IMG/VR virus record: IMGVR_UViG_3300033150_000672
Coordinates: 1 to 62,184 of that record
DNA length: 62,184 bases
Strand: one strand, 5' to 3'
Source: a virus
Lineage: Duplodnaviria; Caudoviricetes
Positions within the stretch are counted from its first letter, which is position 1, and each line of letters opens with the position of its first letter. Shown in pieces: positions 38,096-47,850 of the stretch. A program made the translations under genes and the position numbers. A model generated the notes under the pieces. That model searched no databases. It was not told where the DNA came from and saw nothing but the letters and a program-made list of their open reading frames with translations.

Positions 38096-39681
38096 TTTTT
38101 ATCCTTCCACATTTTCATAATTTCTTTGGTAGCACCTATATCATCTACTTCTATTCTTTTAACATCTTCATCCATTACTCTATTAATCAATGCTATTTTA
38201 TTGTTTAAATACTCCATAACTTTCTCCTCCACACTATCTTCTGATAGAATATTGATAATTAAACAACGTTCTTTTTGACCTCTTCTCCATATCCTACCTA
38301 TTCTTTGTTGTAATTTAATTGGATTCCATGGTAAATCCATATTAATTAATATATGAGCATCTTGTAGATTTATTCCATATCCCATACAATCCGTTGTCAA
38401 TAATATTTGTCCATCCTTTCTCCATTTTTTAATTATTTCATCTTTTTCTTTTGAACTCAAATTTCCAGTGGTAACAAAAATTTTATTTTCATTTGATAAT
38501 CCTTCTTCTATCAAATTAGCAAATTTAGCAAATTGTGTGAATATTATAACCTTTTTATCTCCTATTTCTTTTAATATTTCTCTTAATTCTTTTATCTTAT
38601 TACTTGCTCCATCTAATCCAACCGTTCCTGGATGATTACAAACCTGCCTTAATGCTGTTAATTTTGCAAGAGGATTTTCGTTTATTTCAATTTCTTCAAT
38701 TACTTCATCTGCAATCTCATTATGATATCTTTTTTGATTTGGAAGCATTGGAACCATAATTGTTTTTTCAACCTTACCAGGTAAGTCAGTTAATTTTTCT
38801 TTTACCACAAAATCTTTCATTATATCTTTCAGATGGTCTAAATTTTTAAATGCTACCGTTTCTCTGAATTGGATTGCACCAAATCTTCTTGTTACTTGAA
38901 CAAGAAATCTGCTTTGGAAGTCCCAATAACTACTAAAAATATCTGGTCTAATAAAATTCAATATATTGTAAAGTTCTTCTAATCTATTTTCAAGTATAGC
39001 ACCACTTAAAGCAATTTTATTTTTAGCATTTATTTCTTTTAGTGCTCTTGATATTTTTGTTTTATGGTTTTTGATTCTAACAATTTCATCAATTATTAAA
39101 TAGTCCCAATATAATTTTTTTATTTTGTTAATATCATTTCTTGCTGTTTCATATGATACAATGGTAAAGAAAGCATTACTTTCATATATTCTCTTTTTGG
39201 GAGAACCTTCAATTAAATTATATAATTCATTTGTGAATTTATTAATTTCTTGGCACCATTGTCTTTTCAAACTTGCTGGAACAATTATCAAACATCTCTT
39301 AGCACCAAAGAATTTTTTTCCTGTTATTGCTGTAATTAATGCTGTTGCTGTTTTTCCAAAACCTATGTCCATATTATAAATCACATTCTTTTTATTCAAT
39401 CCAAATTGAACACATTTTTCTTGTTCGTGATATAATTTTAGTTTTGGTTGATTTAAAGCATATAAGCATATATTTTCTATTTCCTTTTCTTCTACTTTAT
39501 AAGGAACCCCATAGCTCTCAAGAAGATCCGTGATTTTCTTTAAATCCATAGTTGGGACTTTCCAGCACCGTTTAGCACCTAAATAGATGCGTCGTGGTAG
39601 ACATTTGATTATTTTAATATAATTATCATTAAATGGAAAATAAATAAATAAATTAGCAGGTGTTTTTTTAATCGTTATCAT
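38092..39681 (-). CDS. SNF2-family (SF2) helicase/translocase with N-terminal HARP-like domain
   Basis: DIGFGKT, VPASL, IIDE, ALSG, IIFTQF, GINLQ, PWNP, QRIGRI.R.GQ. Confidence 0.9.
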   Translation of the reverse strand: MITIKKTPANLFIYFPFNDNYIKIIKCLPRRIYLGAKRCWKVPTMDLKKITDLLESYGVPYKVEEKEIENICLYALNQPKLKLYHEQEKCVQFGLNKKNVIYNMDIGFGKTATALITAITGKKFFGAKRCLIIVPASLKRQWCQEINKFTNELYNLIEGSPKKRIYESNAFFTIVSYETARNDINKIKKLYWDYLIIDEIVRIKNHKTKISRALKEINAKNKIALSGAILENRLEELYNILNFIRPDIFSSYWDFQSRFLVQVTRRFGAIQFRETVAFKNLDHLKDIMKDFVVKEKLTDLPGKVEKTIMVPMLPNQKRYHNEIADEVIEEIEINENPLAKLTALRQVCNHPGTVGLDGASNKIKELREILKEIGDKKVIIFTQFAKFANLIEEGLSNENKIFVTTGNLSSKEKDEIIKKWRKDGQILLTTDCMGYGINLQDAHILINMDLPWNPIKLQQRIGRIWRRGQKERCLIINILSEDSVEEKVMEYLNNKIALINRVMDEDVKRIEVDDIGATKEIMKMWKDKK

Positions 39682-39865
39682 CAGTGACCTCCACATCTAC
39701 AAAAATTCCACCATTGTGAAGATATGATTGAATTTTTTTAGCAATTAAAATTTTTTCTTTACTTTCTAATTTCTTTTTAATTACCATTCCAATATTTGCT
39801 AATCTAATATTTTTAATTATTATCATTTTCTTTACTCACCTCAATAAAATAATATTATTTGCTTA

Positions 39866-39900
39866 TTTATAAACTTTTTGTTTTGGTTGTTTATAAACTT
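39866..39900 (-). promoter_or_regulatory. Tandem TATA boxes (AAGTTTATAAA x2)
   Basis: Two copies 24 nt apart in the intergenic region upstream of SNF2. Confidence 0.55.
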
Positions 39901-39919
39901 CTTGATTGTTCATTATATA

Positions 39920-40396
39920 TTATTCTCCGCCATCAATTTTAATCTTAAGATAACGAGCGAGACAATAAGCATCGCACTCATTATTATTCTTAAATTCAAT
40001 ACCATATAATCTTTCCACCTCCAACATTATTCTATATTTATTATAATTTCCTTTACCAACAATTATTTTTTTCCATTTTGTTGGTGGGACTATTTCAAGA
40101 GGAATATCATATTCTTTAAACATAACTTTTATTATACCACCTAATTCTCCTAATTCAAATGTTCTACCTACTGAACCATATGAATATCCTTCCATAATTC
40201 CTGAAATATTTTCTTTTCCAAACCTATTAATATGTCTAACTAAAATTTTTTCTATTTCTTTTTCTAAGAACAATAATCTATCCATATCACGTAATTTTTT
40301 TGGTTTAATAACACCAGTTTTAAATCTTTCTGTTTTGGTATCCATTATACAAATTCCTGTTTCACTTAAAGATTGGTCAATTGCTATAATAATCAT
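39920..40396 (-). CDS. RuvC-like Holliday junction resolvase
   Basis: IAIDQS..ETG, MEGY, LGEL.G, P..WKK, NECDAY. Confidence 0.85.
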   Translation of the reverse strand: MIIIAIDQSLSETGICIMDTKTERFKTGVIKPKKLRDMDRLLFLEKEIEKILVRHINRFGKENISGIMEGYSYGSVGRTFELGELGGIIKVMFKEYDIPLEIVPPTKWKKIIVGKGNYNKYRIMLEVERLYGIEFKNNNECDAYCLARYLKIKIDGGE

Positions 40397-41439
40397 TTCA
40401 CATACATCCTCCCATACCATTTGCATTTACCTTCACATAATCCCTCTCTATATAATTTTTCACAATATGGAAAGAAATGTTCACCCTTATGATAAACAGT
40501 TTCAAAAACGTGGTCATGTTTTTGCATATGGATAAAATCATTAATTGTTCCATCATTTCTAGAAAATTTAGATAAATATTTTTTACAAATTTCTTTTGCT
40601 TCTTCTTCTGTAAAACCCATCTCTCTTAACCAAATCACACCCCAATATCTAAATTTATGATTGGTATGTTCTGTCAACATCTTTCTAACACAAGGCCACA
40701 TTTTTTCATCACCATATTCTTCTATATCAAATTTACCCATTGGTATTTCAATTGTTCTAATGTCTGGTTTTTTTGTTGGATAATCAAACTTATCTATATT
40801 TATTTTTTTATTTCCATACCATTGAATTGGTATTAATCTTTGTTCTTTTGCTGCTTCTTGTATATCATGAAGAGATTTAAAAATATTAAAATCTGTATTT
40901 TTTAGTGGAACACAAAAACATTTTCGTTTTAAATTAAATGTGTTTGGTATTCTTGAAATTCTAGCAATGTCACCAATAATATGTTCATCTATATCTGCCT
41001 CTTTAGGGTCACCAATTTCTAATCCTATTTTTTCTACTATTTTTCTCTGAACATTGGCAATAGCATCCTTTGGATTTTTTAAATTATGTATTTTACATTT
41101 CACATAACAATGAAAACCGCCTCCACTCATAATTAAACAATGTATTAAATCTAAATTCAATAATAATTTATGTAATTTTTTAATATTCTTAAAACTATTA
41201 ATAGAATCTAAATCAAAAAATATCTTATCAACAATTGCGGAATCATATTCTGGATATTCAATTCCGTATTTTCCTTTTTTCAGATTAGAGAAAGAATAAA
41301 TGGTTGAATAAACATTGGTTCGACCATTATATTTATTCAACGCATCATAAAATTCTTTTTGGTTATGAACTATTCTATATTCTCCTCTTCTTTCAGGAAA
41401 TCCCATTTCTCTTGGAAACTTTCCAAAAAGAGACATCAT
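40393..41439 (-). CDS. Archaeo-eukaryotic primase, PriS catalytic domain fused to a PriL-like Cys domain
   Basis: FFDLD, SGGGFH, D..RISRIP.T; C-terminal WPC...H..R and C......LC...C. Confidence 0.85.
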   Translation of the reverse strand: MMSLFGKFPREMGFPERRGEYRIVHNQKEFYDALNKYNGRTNVYSTIYSFSNLKKGKYGIEYPEYDSAIVDKIFFDLDSINSFKNIKKLHKLLLNLDLIHCLIMSGGGFHCYVKCKIHNLKNPKDAIANVQRKIVEKIGLEIGDPKEADIDEHIIGDIARISRIPNTFNLKRKCFCVPLKNTDFNIFKSLHDIQEAAKEQRLIPIQWYGNKKINIDKFDYPTKKPDIRTIEIPMGKFDIEEYGDEKMWPCVRKMLTEHTNHKFRYWGVIWLREMGFTEEEAKEICKKYLSKFSRNDGTINDFIHMQKHDHVFETVYHKGEHFFPYCEKLYREGLCEGKCKWYGRMYVK

Positions 41440-41537
41440 TCTTCCCAATCATCCTCCAAAGAACCATCTTCATCAGGATAATCTTCATCATCTTCACCAT
41501 CTTTAATGTATGTATAATCGTCTCGAAAATCACTCAT
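41436..41537 (-). CDS. 33-aa hyperacidic peptide
   Basis: Manual translation MSDFRDDYTYIKDGEDDEDYPDEDGSLEDDWEE*; GGAGG RBS; stop overlaps the primase ATG. Confidence 0.65.
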   Translation of the reverse strand: MSDFRDDYTYIKDGEDDEDYPDEDGSLEDDWEE

Positions 41538-41715
41538 TTTTATTATCCTCCTTTCTTTTAAAAAATTTACATTTATGATTTTTAATATCATAAAATGTTA
41601 TCGCATTTATAACACATCTGCACCTTCTTGGGTGTTTATATTTGCATTTATAACATAATAACTTTGTTTTCTTCTTCCAAGACTCTCTCCATTCATCTGG
41701 GATTATTTGACTCGT
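41530..41715 (-). CDS. Cys-rich ORF lacking a canonical start codon (possible ACG start)
   Basis: Open frame TSQIIPDEW...CYKC...CRC...CKFF fills the gap exactly. Confidence 0.4.
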   Translation of the reverse strand, partial: TSQIIPDEWRESWKKKTKLLCYKCKYKHPRRCRCVINAITFYDIKNHKCKFFKRKEDNKNE

Positions 41716-42515
41716 TTCTTATCAGCCCCCTCACACTTCGTTCCTTTAAATCCGCACCACTTGCATGGCCAAACCCATCCTTGTTTGTTAGCAAGTGGAA
41801 AACAATCAATATTAATTAATTTTTGAACAATATCAATTTCTTTAATTATCTTTTTTAGATATCTTTCATCTACCTTTTCAAAAAATAAATGGTCATGTTG
41901 AGTGAAATACATGGCCCAATATTTAACCTTACCATATTTTTTTGACCTTGGATCTCCATTCCAACACAACGCATAAAAAGCCATCTCTTCTCTACATTTA
42001 TCTTTATTTTTTACCTTTCCTGTTTTCCAATCAACAATTATAACTCCATCATCCTCATAATGATAATAAACAGCATCTATTATTCCATGAATTTTTAATT
42101 GATGATTATAATAATCTACTTCTTGTGATATTGGAAAGAAATGTTTTTTATTATGTGATTTACTCAATATTGATTCTTTTAATTTTATAAAATTATTCAT
42201 ATTTTTCTTTCCTTTATAACGTTCTTTATTAATTGTTATTTGTGGTTTTTTTATAATTTCAATTTTTTGTTCTCCAGTTTTTTCATCTCTTATTATTTTT
42301 TTAATTTCTTTTTCTTCTATTTTCACTCCATTGGTGTAGAAGTGTTCAATTTCTTTATGAATTTTATTTCCCTTATCTGCTAAAAAAGAAAATTTTGTTC
42401 TTGGTTCTATATATTTATAGATGTATTTCAATTTAAATTTATATGGACACTCATTATAAGTCAAAAATTTTGACTTAGATAATAAGAATCTTTCTTCTTT
42501 TTTTAATTCATTCAA
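41703..42515 (-). CDS. Cas4-like PD-(D/E)xK exonuclease
   Basis: LS.S....Y..CP, G..IH, GIID, DWKTG, CKWC.....C. Confidence 0.9.
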   Translation of the reverse strand: MNELKKEERFLLSKSKFLTYNECPYKFKLKYIYKYIEPRTKFSFLADKGNKIHKEIEHFYTNGVKIEEKEIKKIIRDEKTGEQKIEIIKKPQITINKERYKGKKNMNNFIKLKESILSKSHNKKHFFPISQEVDYYNHQLKIHGIIDAVYYHYEDDGVIIVDWKTGKVKNKDKCREEMAFYALCWNGDPRSKKYGKVKYWAMYFTQHDHLFFEKVDERYLKKIIKEIDIVQKLINIDCFPLANKQGWVWPCKWCGFKGTKCEGADKKRVK

Positions 42516-44794
42516 AATAATTTCACCTGCCCCATTTCATTATTTTTTGAGTGTTTCCATCCCATTGCTCTAAATATTCTTTCTAATTTTGTATCAAATA
42601 TTCGTTCAAACATTTTATTCCAATTAATAATAATTCCTTTTGGAACCTGGTCATCTCTTTCAAATGCTATTGTTCCTCTTGGTGGTTGAGGTAATTCTGG
42701 AATATATTTAACAAACAACATTTTAATTCTATCTCCTGGTTGAAACTTACAACCCAGGTATTTATTTCCATATTTAAACGCCTCAGTATATATATCACTT
42801 CTGTTGGTCTTTTTAACACTCCTTCTAATTGCTATATTACGTAAAGGATATTTTCCTTCAATCATTTCCATTTTTAGATTTTCAACATATCTTTCAACAT
42901 CTTCTTTCGTTCCATTGTCTAGAATTATTTTAAAAATATTTTTTAATGCTTCTTGTTCAATTTTTGCCGTGTCTGCTCTTTTGGTTTCAAAACCCATAAT
43001 TTTTAATGATTTATTCCAATTTCCTTCCTTGTCTTTTTCAACAATATAACCCATATATCTTTTCTTTGCAGCACCACCAGTATCTTTCACACCAAAAAAT
43101 ATTTTACTAAAAATTTTTTCAAACTGCATTAATAAGGTATGATTATCAACACCAAACTTATTAACAAATTCATTATATGATTCTGTTAATTTTTCTGCCA
43201 ACTCAGTAGCAACTTTCATTGCTTTATCATAATCACCATCAACTTCTTCTGGAATTTTCACAAAAATTGAATCTGTATCTCCATAAATAACATCAAATCC
43301 AAGTTTCTCTGCTACTTCTTTGGAATATTTAATAATTTCTCTTCCTGCCCAAGTCACAGTTGCTGCTATTTCTTGTTTAAACATTCTGAAATATGGATTT
43401 CCAAGTGCTCCATATAGACTGTTGGCAGCAACCTTCACAGCATATTGTTGAGCATAATAAGAATCATATTCTATTGTTCCTTTTTGATATTTTTTCATTT
43501 CTTTTTTTAATCTTTCACGTTCTTCCAGAAGTTTTTCACATATTATAGGACATATTCCCTTTTTACTTTTATCTAAAATCAATCCATTAATTTTAATATC
43601 TCCACTTGGGTCTAACATTTCAGGTGATAGATTCCAGGTTCTAATAATATTTGGATATAGAGATTTTAAATCTAATACAAAAACTCCTTCATGTAAACCA
43701 ACTGGTGGATTGTCAACAAAACCTCCACCATATCTTTCTCTTTTATTTTTTACTTTTTTTGGAAGAACCAATCCTAATTTTTTTGCTTCTCTTAAAAACA
43801 ATATATCATGAAATCTTGTTGCGTTAAATAAATCATCCCATTGACATCCAATAATTCTTCTCTTGGTATTATAATAATTAATAATATTTCTTTTCTCATC
43901 TAACCAAACACATAACATCACGTCTTTATAACAATAATCTAATAATAATTTTCTATCTTTATCCCATAGATTTTCCCAATCTCCTTCTACCTCGATTTTT
44001 TTATCTTTCAGTTCTTTTTGTGCTACTGAATTTAAACGATAACTATCCATTTGGGAGAAAGTTAGGTCAGTTTTATATCCCTGGAGTAAGTCAAAACTAT
44101 ATCTTCCATTGATAGTTATCCTCCAAAATGGGTCGAATTCTTCTGCTTCTACCTTTCCGTGCATAGAAATAAGGTCGACATTAACTCCAAGAAGTCTACA
44201 ACGATTAATAATGTAAGGCCAGTCAAAGCCATTTGAATTCCATCCACAAAATAAATCAAAATCAAAATCACAAATAAACCTAATAAATTTATTAAGCATA
44301 CTTCTCTCATTATTGAAATAATATGTTTTTCTTTCAATTCCTTCTCCACTTTTAGTCACCTCTTTTCGTGGTTTTTCATCTGGATGCCAGATAAATCCAT
44401 ATTGAGTTTCAGAAAAATTATCATAGCAGCAGATACAAGTTATTGGAACAGGAGTATTTACTCTGTCCAAACTTCCTGCGTTTTCAATATCCAGATAACA
44501 AACACGGAATTCATCTTCACCAATATTTTCTACTCTATCAATTAAAATTCTATTAATAAATAATATATCTGATTCAAAGGTTTCATCATATTTCTCTCTT
44601 TCTTTTTTGACTTCATATGAACTATTCACTTCTATTTTTTTTAATCTATCTCCAAAAACACTTTGATATTTTCCATTTATATCCTTCACATAAAAATATG
44701 GTATATGTTTTATTTCTTCCATAGTTCTATTTTTTTCATTATCTCTTCCAACAAGAATAATGGTATCACCACTTTTTTGGAAAATATTTATCAT
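42512..44794 (-). CDS. polB: Family B DNA polymerase
   Basis: Exo DIE, N...FD, YC..D; pol DLKSLYP, K...NS.YG, YGDTDS. Confidence 0.97.
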   Translation of the reverse strand: MINIFQKSGDTIILVGRDNEKNRTMEEIKHIPYFYVKDINGKYQSVFGDRLKKIEVNSSYEVKKEREKYDETFESDILFINRILIDRVENIGEDEFRVCYLDIENAGSLDRVNTPVPITCICCYDNFSETQYGFIWHPDEKPRKEVTKSGEGIERKTYYFNNERSMLNKFIRFICDFDFDLFCGWNSNGFDWPYIINRCRLLGVNVDLISMHGKVEAEEFDPFWRITINGRYSFDLLQGYKTDLTFSQMDSYRLNSVAQKELKDKKIEVEGDWENLWDKDRKLLLDYCYKDVMLCVWLDEKRNIINYYNTKRRIIGCQWDDLFNATRFHDILFLREAKKLGLVLPKKVKNKRERYGGGFVDNPPVGLHEGVFVLDLKSLYPNIIRTWNLSPEMLDPSGDIKINGLILDKSKKGICPIICEKLLEERERLKKEMKKYQKGTIEYDSYYAQQYAVKVAANSLYGALGNPYFRMFKQEIAATVTWAGREIIKYSKEVAEKLGFDVIYGDTDSIFVKIPEEVDGDYDKAMKVATELAEKLTESYNEFVNKFGVDNHTLLMQFEKIFSKIFFGVKDTGGAAKKRYMGYIVEKDKEGNWNKSLKIMGFETKRADTAKIEQEALKNIFKIILDNGTKEDVERYVENLKMEMIEGKYPLRNIAIRRSVKKTNRSDIYTEAFKYGNKYLGCKFQPGDRIKMLFVKYIPELPQPPRGTIAFERDDQVPKGIIINWNKMFERIFDTKLERIFRAMGWKHSKNNEMGQVKLF

Positions 44795-45210
44795 TTAAAA
44801 ACACTCCTCCAATTTTTACCATATTTTTTTATTAATTTTATATGTAACCCAGAATGATATCCTGCTGAACAAACCAAAAGATTATTTGGATTATTATTTC
44901 TTACGTTCCCATCTATATGGTGAGTAACAATAGGATATTTGACATCAATACCAGTTATTTTTTTTACGATTCTTCTGGCTATCATTTGAAAATATCCATT
45001 TTTTCCTCCTTTCCACTTAGGATTATCACAACCATTATATCTACTTTTTTTTATTTTACTCATTTTCAGTTTGGTTTTTTCTGAATGTTTCTTTCCAAAC
45101 ATTGGATTCTTCTTACCCATTCTTGCTATACGTTTCTTTTGTTTTGTTTCTTCACTATCTTTAAATCCCTTTCTTAATTTACCATATATATTTCCTTTTT
45201 GAAATACCAT
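44791..45210 (-). mobile_element. Free-standing NUMOD3-HNH homing endonuclease
   Basis: NPMFGKKHSEKTKLKMS, NPKWKGG, HHIDG...NN...NL......H...H. Confidence 0.85.
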
Positions 45211-45216
45211 CTCTAA

Positions 45217-45660
45217 TCATTTATTCATCCTTTCTTGAAATTCTTTACTCATTTGATTTGCTTGATTTTGTAATTGTTGCTGTTTTTCTCTATATTCTTT
45301 TACCAATTCTTCAAATAATTTAAATCTTTTTTGTATTTCTTCATCATCTTTTGTAGCAGATTCTAGTCTATCTAACTCTTCCATTAAGGATTTCTTATTT
45401 GCCATATGATGTTCTATATTTTTAAATTGTTGATTTAAATTTTTCTTGAAGTTTTCTATTTCTTGACGCATATTTCTTTTTTTCTGTTTGATTTGATTGA
45501 TATTATTGTTGATACCTGTCAACATCTGTCTTTTTTGTTGTAATCTAGCAAACATATCTTTCTGTGTCAAAGTTTCTGTAATTGTGGTTTTAATTATATA
45601 AACCTTATCTGTTTTATCAAAACGAACATCTTGATTTTGTTCAATTTTCATTAACTCCAC
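45217..45660 (-). CDS. Coiled-coil protein
   Basis: Q/K/E heptads; GGAGGTG RBS. Confidence 0.7.
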   Translation of the reverse strand: MELMKIEQNQDVRFDKTDKVYIIKTTITETLTQKDMFARLQQKRQMLTGINNNINQIKQKKRNMRQEIENFKKNLNQQFKNIEHHMANKKSLMEELDRLESATKDDEEIQKRFKLFEELVKEYREKQQQLQNQANQMSKEFQERMNK

Positions 45661-46817
45661 CTCCCAAATAATGAAATTTGTTTTTGTTTTATTTGTTTCT
45701 TATCACTTACACCAAATTTTCTCATTGCTTTTTCTAATCCTTCTTCTAAAGAATAATCAATGAAGTCAAAAGTTTTTTTCACTTCATTAATTCTTGATTG
45801 AGATTGCATAATCATAAAAGCAAACTGTTCTAACCTACTTCTGTTTTTTGCTAATATGTTATATCTTCTATTTAATTCTAAATACTGATATAGGTTATGA
45901 AGTGATAATAATGTTCCTGCTCTTGTATCTGTCCCCAACAAGTCTTTAATATCAATATGCTTACAAACTGGACAATCACATGGTAATTCATCTGTAAATT
46001 CAGGATTATATTTAGCATGAACATCACCAAATAGTAATTTTTCTCCCATAAACATTGGCATTTGATAGACTCTCATTTTATCACCAATTGAGTAGGAACT
46101 ACTATCATAAGTGATTTTAGATTTTGTTTTATGAGCAAGATAAGACAATACCGCCATCACAGCCATACCAGATGTTCCAAAATAATGCAATCCTTTTTTC
46201 TTTAATTCTCCATTAAAATATAAATATAATCCTCCTAATGCCTGGTGAAATGGATTGGCAGACAATGCACTCCCCATACCAAATCCTTCAAAATTGAAAT
46301 CTTTTATAGAATTATACCACCTATCTAATTGTTCATAATTGTAACCATGAATCACATAATACATTTTCATTCTAAAATTTTGTCTATGTTTTTCAAACAC
46401 TCTATAATTTTCTAATGATTTTTTATGACATTTTTCAAAAAATCCAGGGTTGTAATTATTAATGGTTTCAACTGTTCCAGGTGGAACATCTATACCAAAA
46501 CCAATATCACAATTATTTTCTAACCAACGTAATATTTCAATTGGTTCAATATTTATTTTCTTTCCTTTTGCTGTGAATGTTGCTATTTGAAATCCACCAC
46601 TATCTCCTAATAATATATGATGTTTAGGAAATTTCATTTTTTCTCTCCAATTGTGTCCCCAATTAATTCCATAAAATCCGCATTGAAGAGCATAATCATG
46701 TTTGAAAAAAGCATTTTCTGAAAACCAAGTCATATCAAATCCTTTATATTTAACATCTTTTTCCCAACAATAATTCATTTTTTCAGATATTGCTGGTATA
46801 TAGTGCGCGGTTCCCAT
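45651..46817 (-). CDS. dpdA: TGT-family transglycosylase, probable DNA-targeting DpdA-like
   Basis: GDSGGFQ, D.P, V.HG, H.FG, DSSS, Zn site CDCPVC...HNL; within the que cluster. Confidence 0.8.
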   Translation of the reverse strand: MGTAHYIPAISEKMNYCWEKDVKYKGFDMTWFSENAFFKHDYALQCGFYGINWGHNWREKMKFPKHHILLGDSGGFQIATFTAKGKKINIEPIEILRWLENNCDIGFGIDVPPGTVETINNYNPGFFEKCHKKSLENYRVFEKHRQNFRMKMYYVIHGYNYEQLDRWYNSIKDFNFEGFGMGSALSANPFHQALGGLYLYFNGELKKKGLHYFGTSGMAVMAVLSYLAHKTKSKITYDSSSYSIGDKMRVYQMPMFMGEKLLFGDVHAKYNPEFTDELPCDCPVCKHIDIKDLLGTDTRAGTLLSLHNLYQYLELNRRYNILAKNRSRLEQFAFMIMQSQSRINEVKKTFDFIDYSLEEGLEKAMRKFGVSDKKQIKQKQISLFGRWS

Positions 46818-46822
46818 CCTAT

Positions 46823-47536
46823 TTACCTCCAGAGATTATACTTTTTTAAGACTTCTTTGGTTTGTGAAGTCCTTTTCATATCATACTTTCCAGCCTTCAT
46901 ATTTTTGACATATTCTGGAATTTTTTTGTATTTTGTTATATCATTATCATATTCCTCATGAATATTATTATATTCAAATGCTATCCACCTTCTAAAACAA
47001 CTTGAACATTGACCACATTGTTTCCCTTCTGATGAATAACAAGAAACTGTTCTTTTTAAATTTTCTGGGTCAAGTCCTTGGTCTAGATACCATTTTACCA
47101 TATCTGCTTTCGTCATATACCAAAATGGTGAATCAAATTTTATTGGTCTCTTCTTATCCTCCCATAAATAATTAACTAATTGTTGAGCATTTAAAAAGAA
47201 TTGTTTTGTTCTATCTGGAATGCTCATCTCTCCTTGTTGAACTATTAAGTAAACTTCATTACCATAATATGTTCCTATCATTAACAAAAACATATTTCTC
47301 ATTTGAATATTAGCATTTGGTTCCTCCCATGGTCTAATATCTAATGTCTTATCTATTATCAATTCCATACTACAGAGTTTTGCTAACTTTTCAACAGTTG
47401 TTCTTTCTTTATGAGAATATCTACTATTCAAATCAACATAGACCGCTCTTGGTTTTCCCAAATAATGCCAACCAATAAACGAATCCAATCCGCCTGAAAA
47501 CAAAATTACTTTTTTGTTTTCGTATTCTTTATGCAT
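46823..47536 (-). CDS. Divergent QueC-family adenylating enzyme (second copy)
   Basis: SGGLDS, MRN, PD.T, SCY...CGQCSSC. Confidence 0.85.
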   Translation of the reverse strand: MHKEYENKKVILFSGGLDSFIGWHYLGKPRAVYVDLNSRYSHKERTTVEKLAKLCSMELIIDKTLDIRPWEEPNANIQMRNMFLLMIGTYYGNEVYLIVQQGEMSIPDRTKQFFLNAQQLVNYLWEDKKRPIKFDSPFWYMTKADMVKWYLDQGLDPENLKRTVSCYSSEGKQCGQCSSCFRRWIAFEYNNIHEEYDNDITKYKKIPEYVKNMKAGKYDMKRTSQTKEVLKKYNLWR

Positions 47537-47850
47537 TTTTCAGCCACCTCTTTTAATTGTTCAATTGTCAAATTTTTGTCATCAATATAATAATCTGCTA
47601 ATGGTTTTCTCATTATTAATTCATGGTATTTAACGCCATGTCTAACGAGCCATATTATCGTTACTTCTCTATCACACCAAAACCTTGAGGTATGAAGAAT
47701 TATTTCATGGCCTTTTTTATATAGAGCATTAATGATATCAATTATTTCTTTATTTGGTGTCTTTTTATCAAATACTTCTACGCCAAATCCTTCTGCTTCA
47801 TTTGTTAGAACCCCATCAATATCAAAACAAAAAGTTTTCTTTTGCTCCAT
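47506..47850 (-). CDS. HAD-superfamily minimal phosphatase (BcbF/EcbF-like)
   Basis: FDIDGVL, HTSR, KP.ADYYIDDK. Confidence 0.85.
   Translation of the reverse strand: MEQKKTFCFDIDGVLTNEAEGFGVEVFDKKTPNKEIIDIINALYKKGHEIILHTSRFWCDREVTIIWLVRHGVKYHELIMRKPLADYYIDDKNLTIEQLKEVAEKCIKNTKTKK

Noticed and set aside
39920-40396. RNA-guided nuclease (TnpB, IS110 or Tas-like) partnering the candidate ncRNAs
   Set aside because: 158-aa stand-alone RuvC-like resolvase with no Zn finger, Nop or RNA-binding domain, in a typical replication context
41703-42515. Cas4 as part of a CRISPR-Cas system
   Set aside because: No cas1/cas2 or array; stand-alone Cas4-like nucleases are common in viral replication modules
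42512-44794. Intein or intron in PolB or terminase
   Set aside because: Lengths are normal, motifs are contiguous, and there are no C/S...HN intein ends
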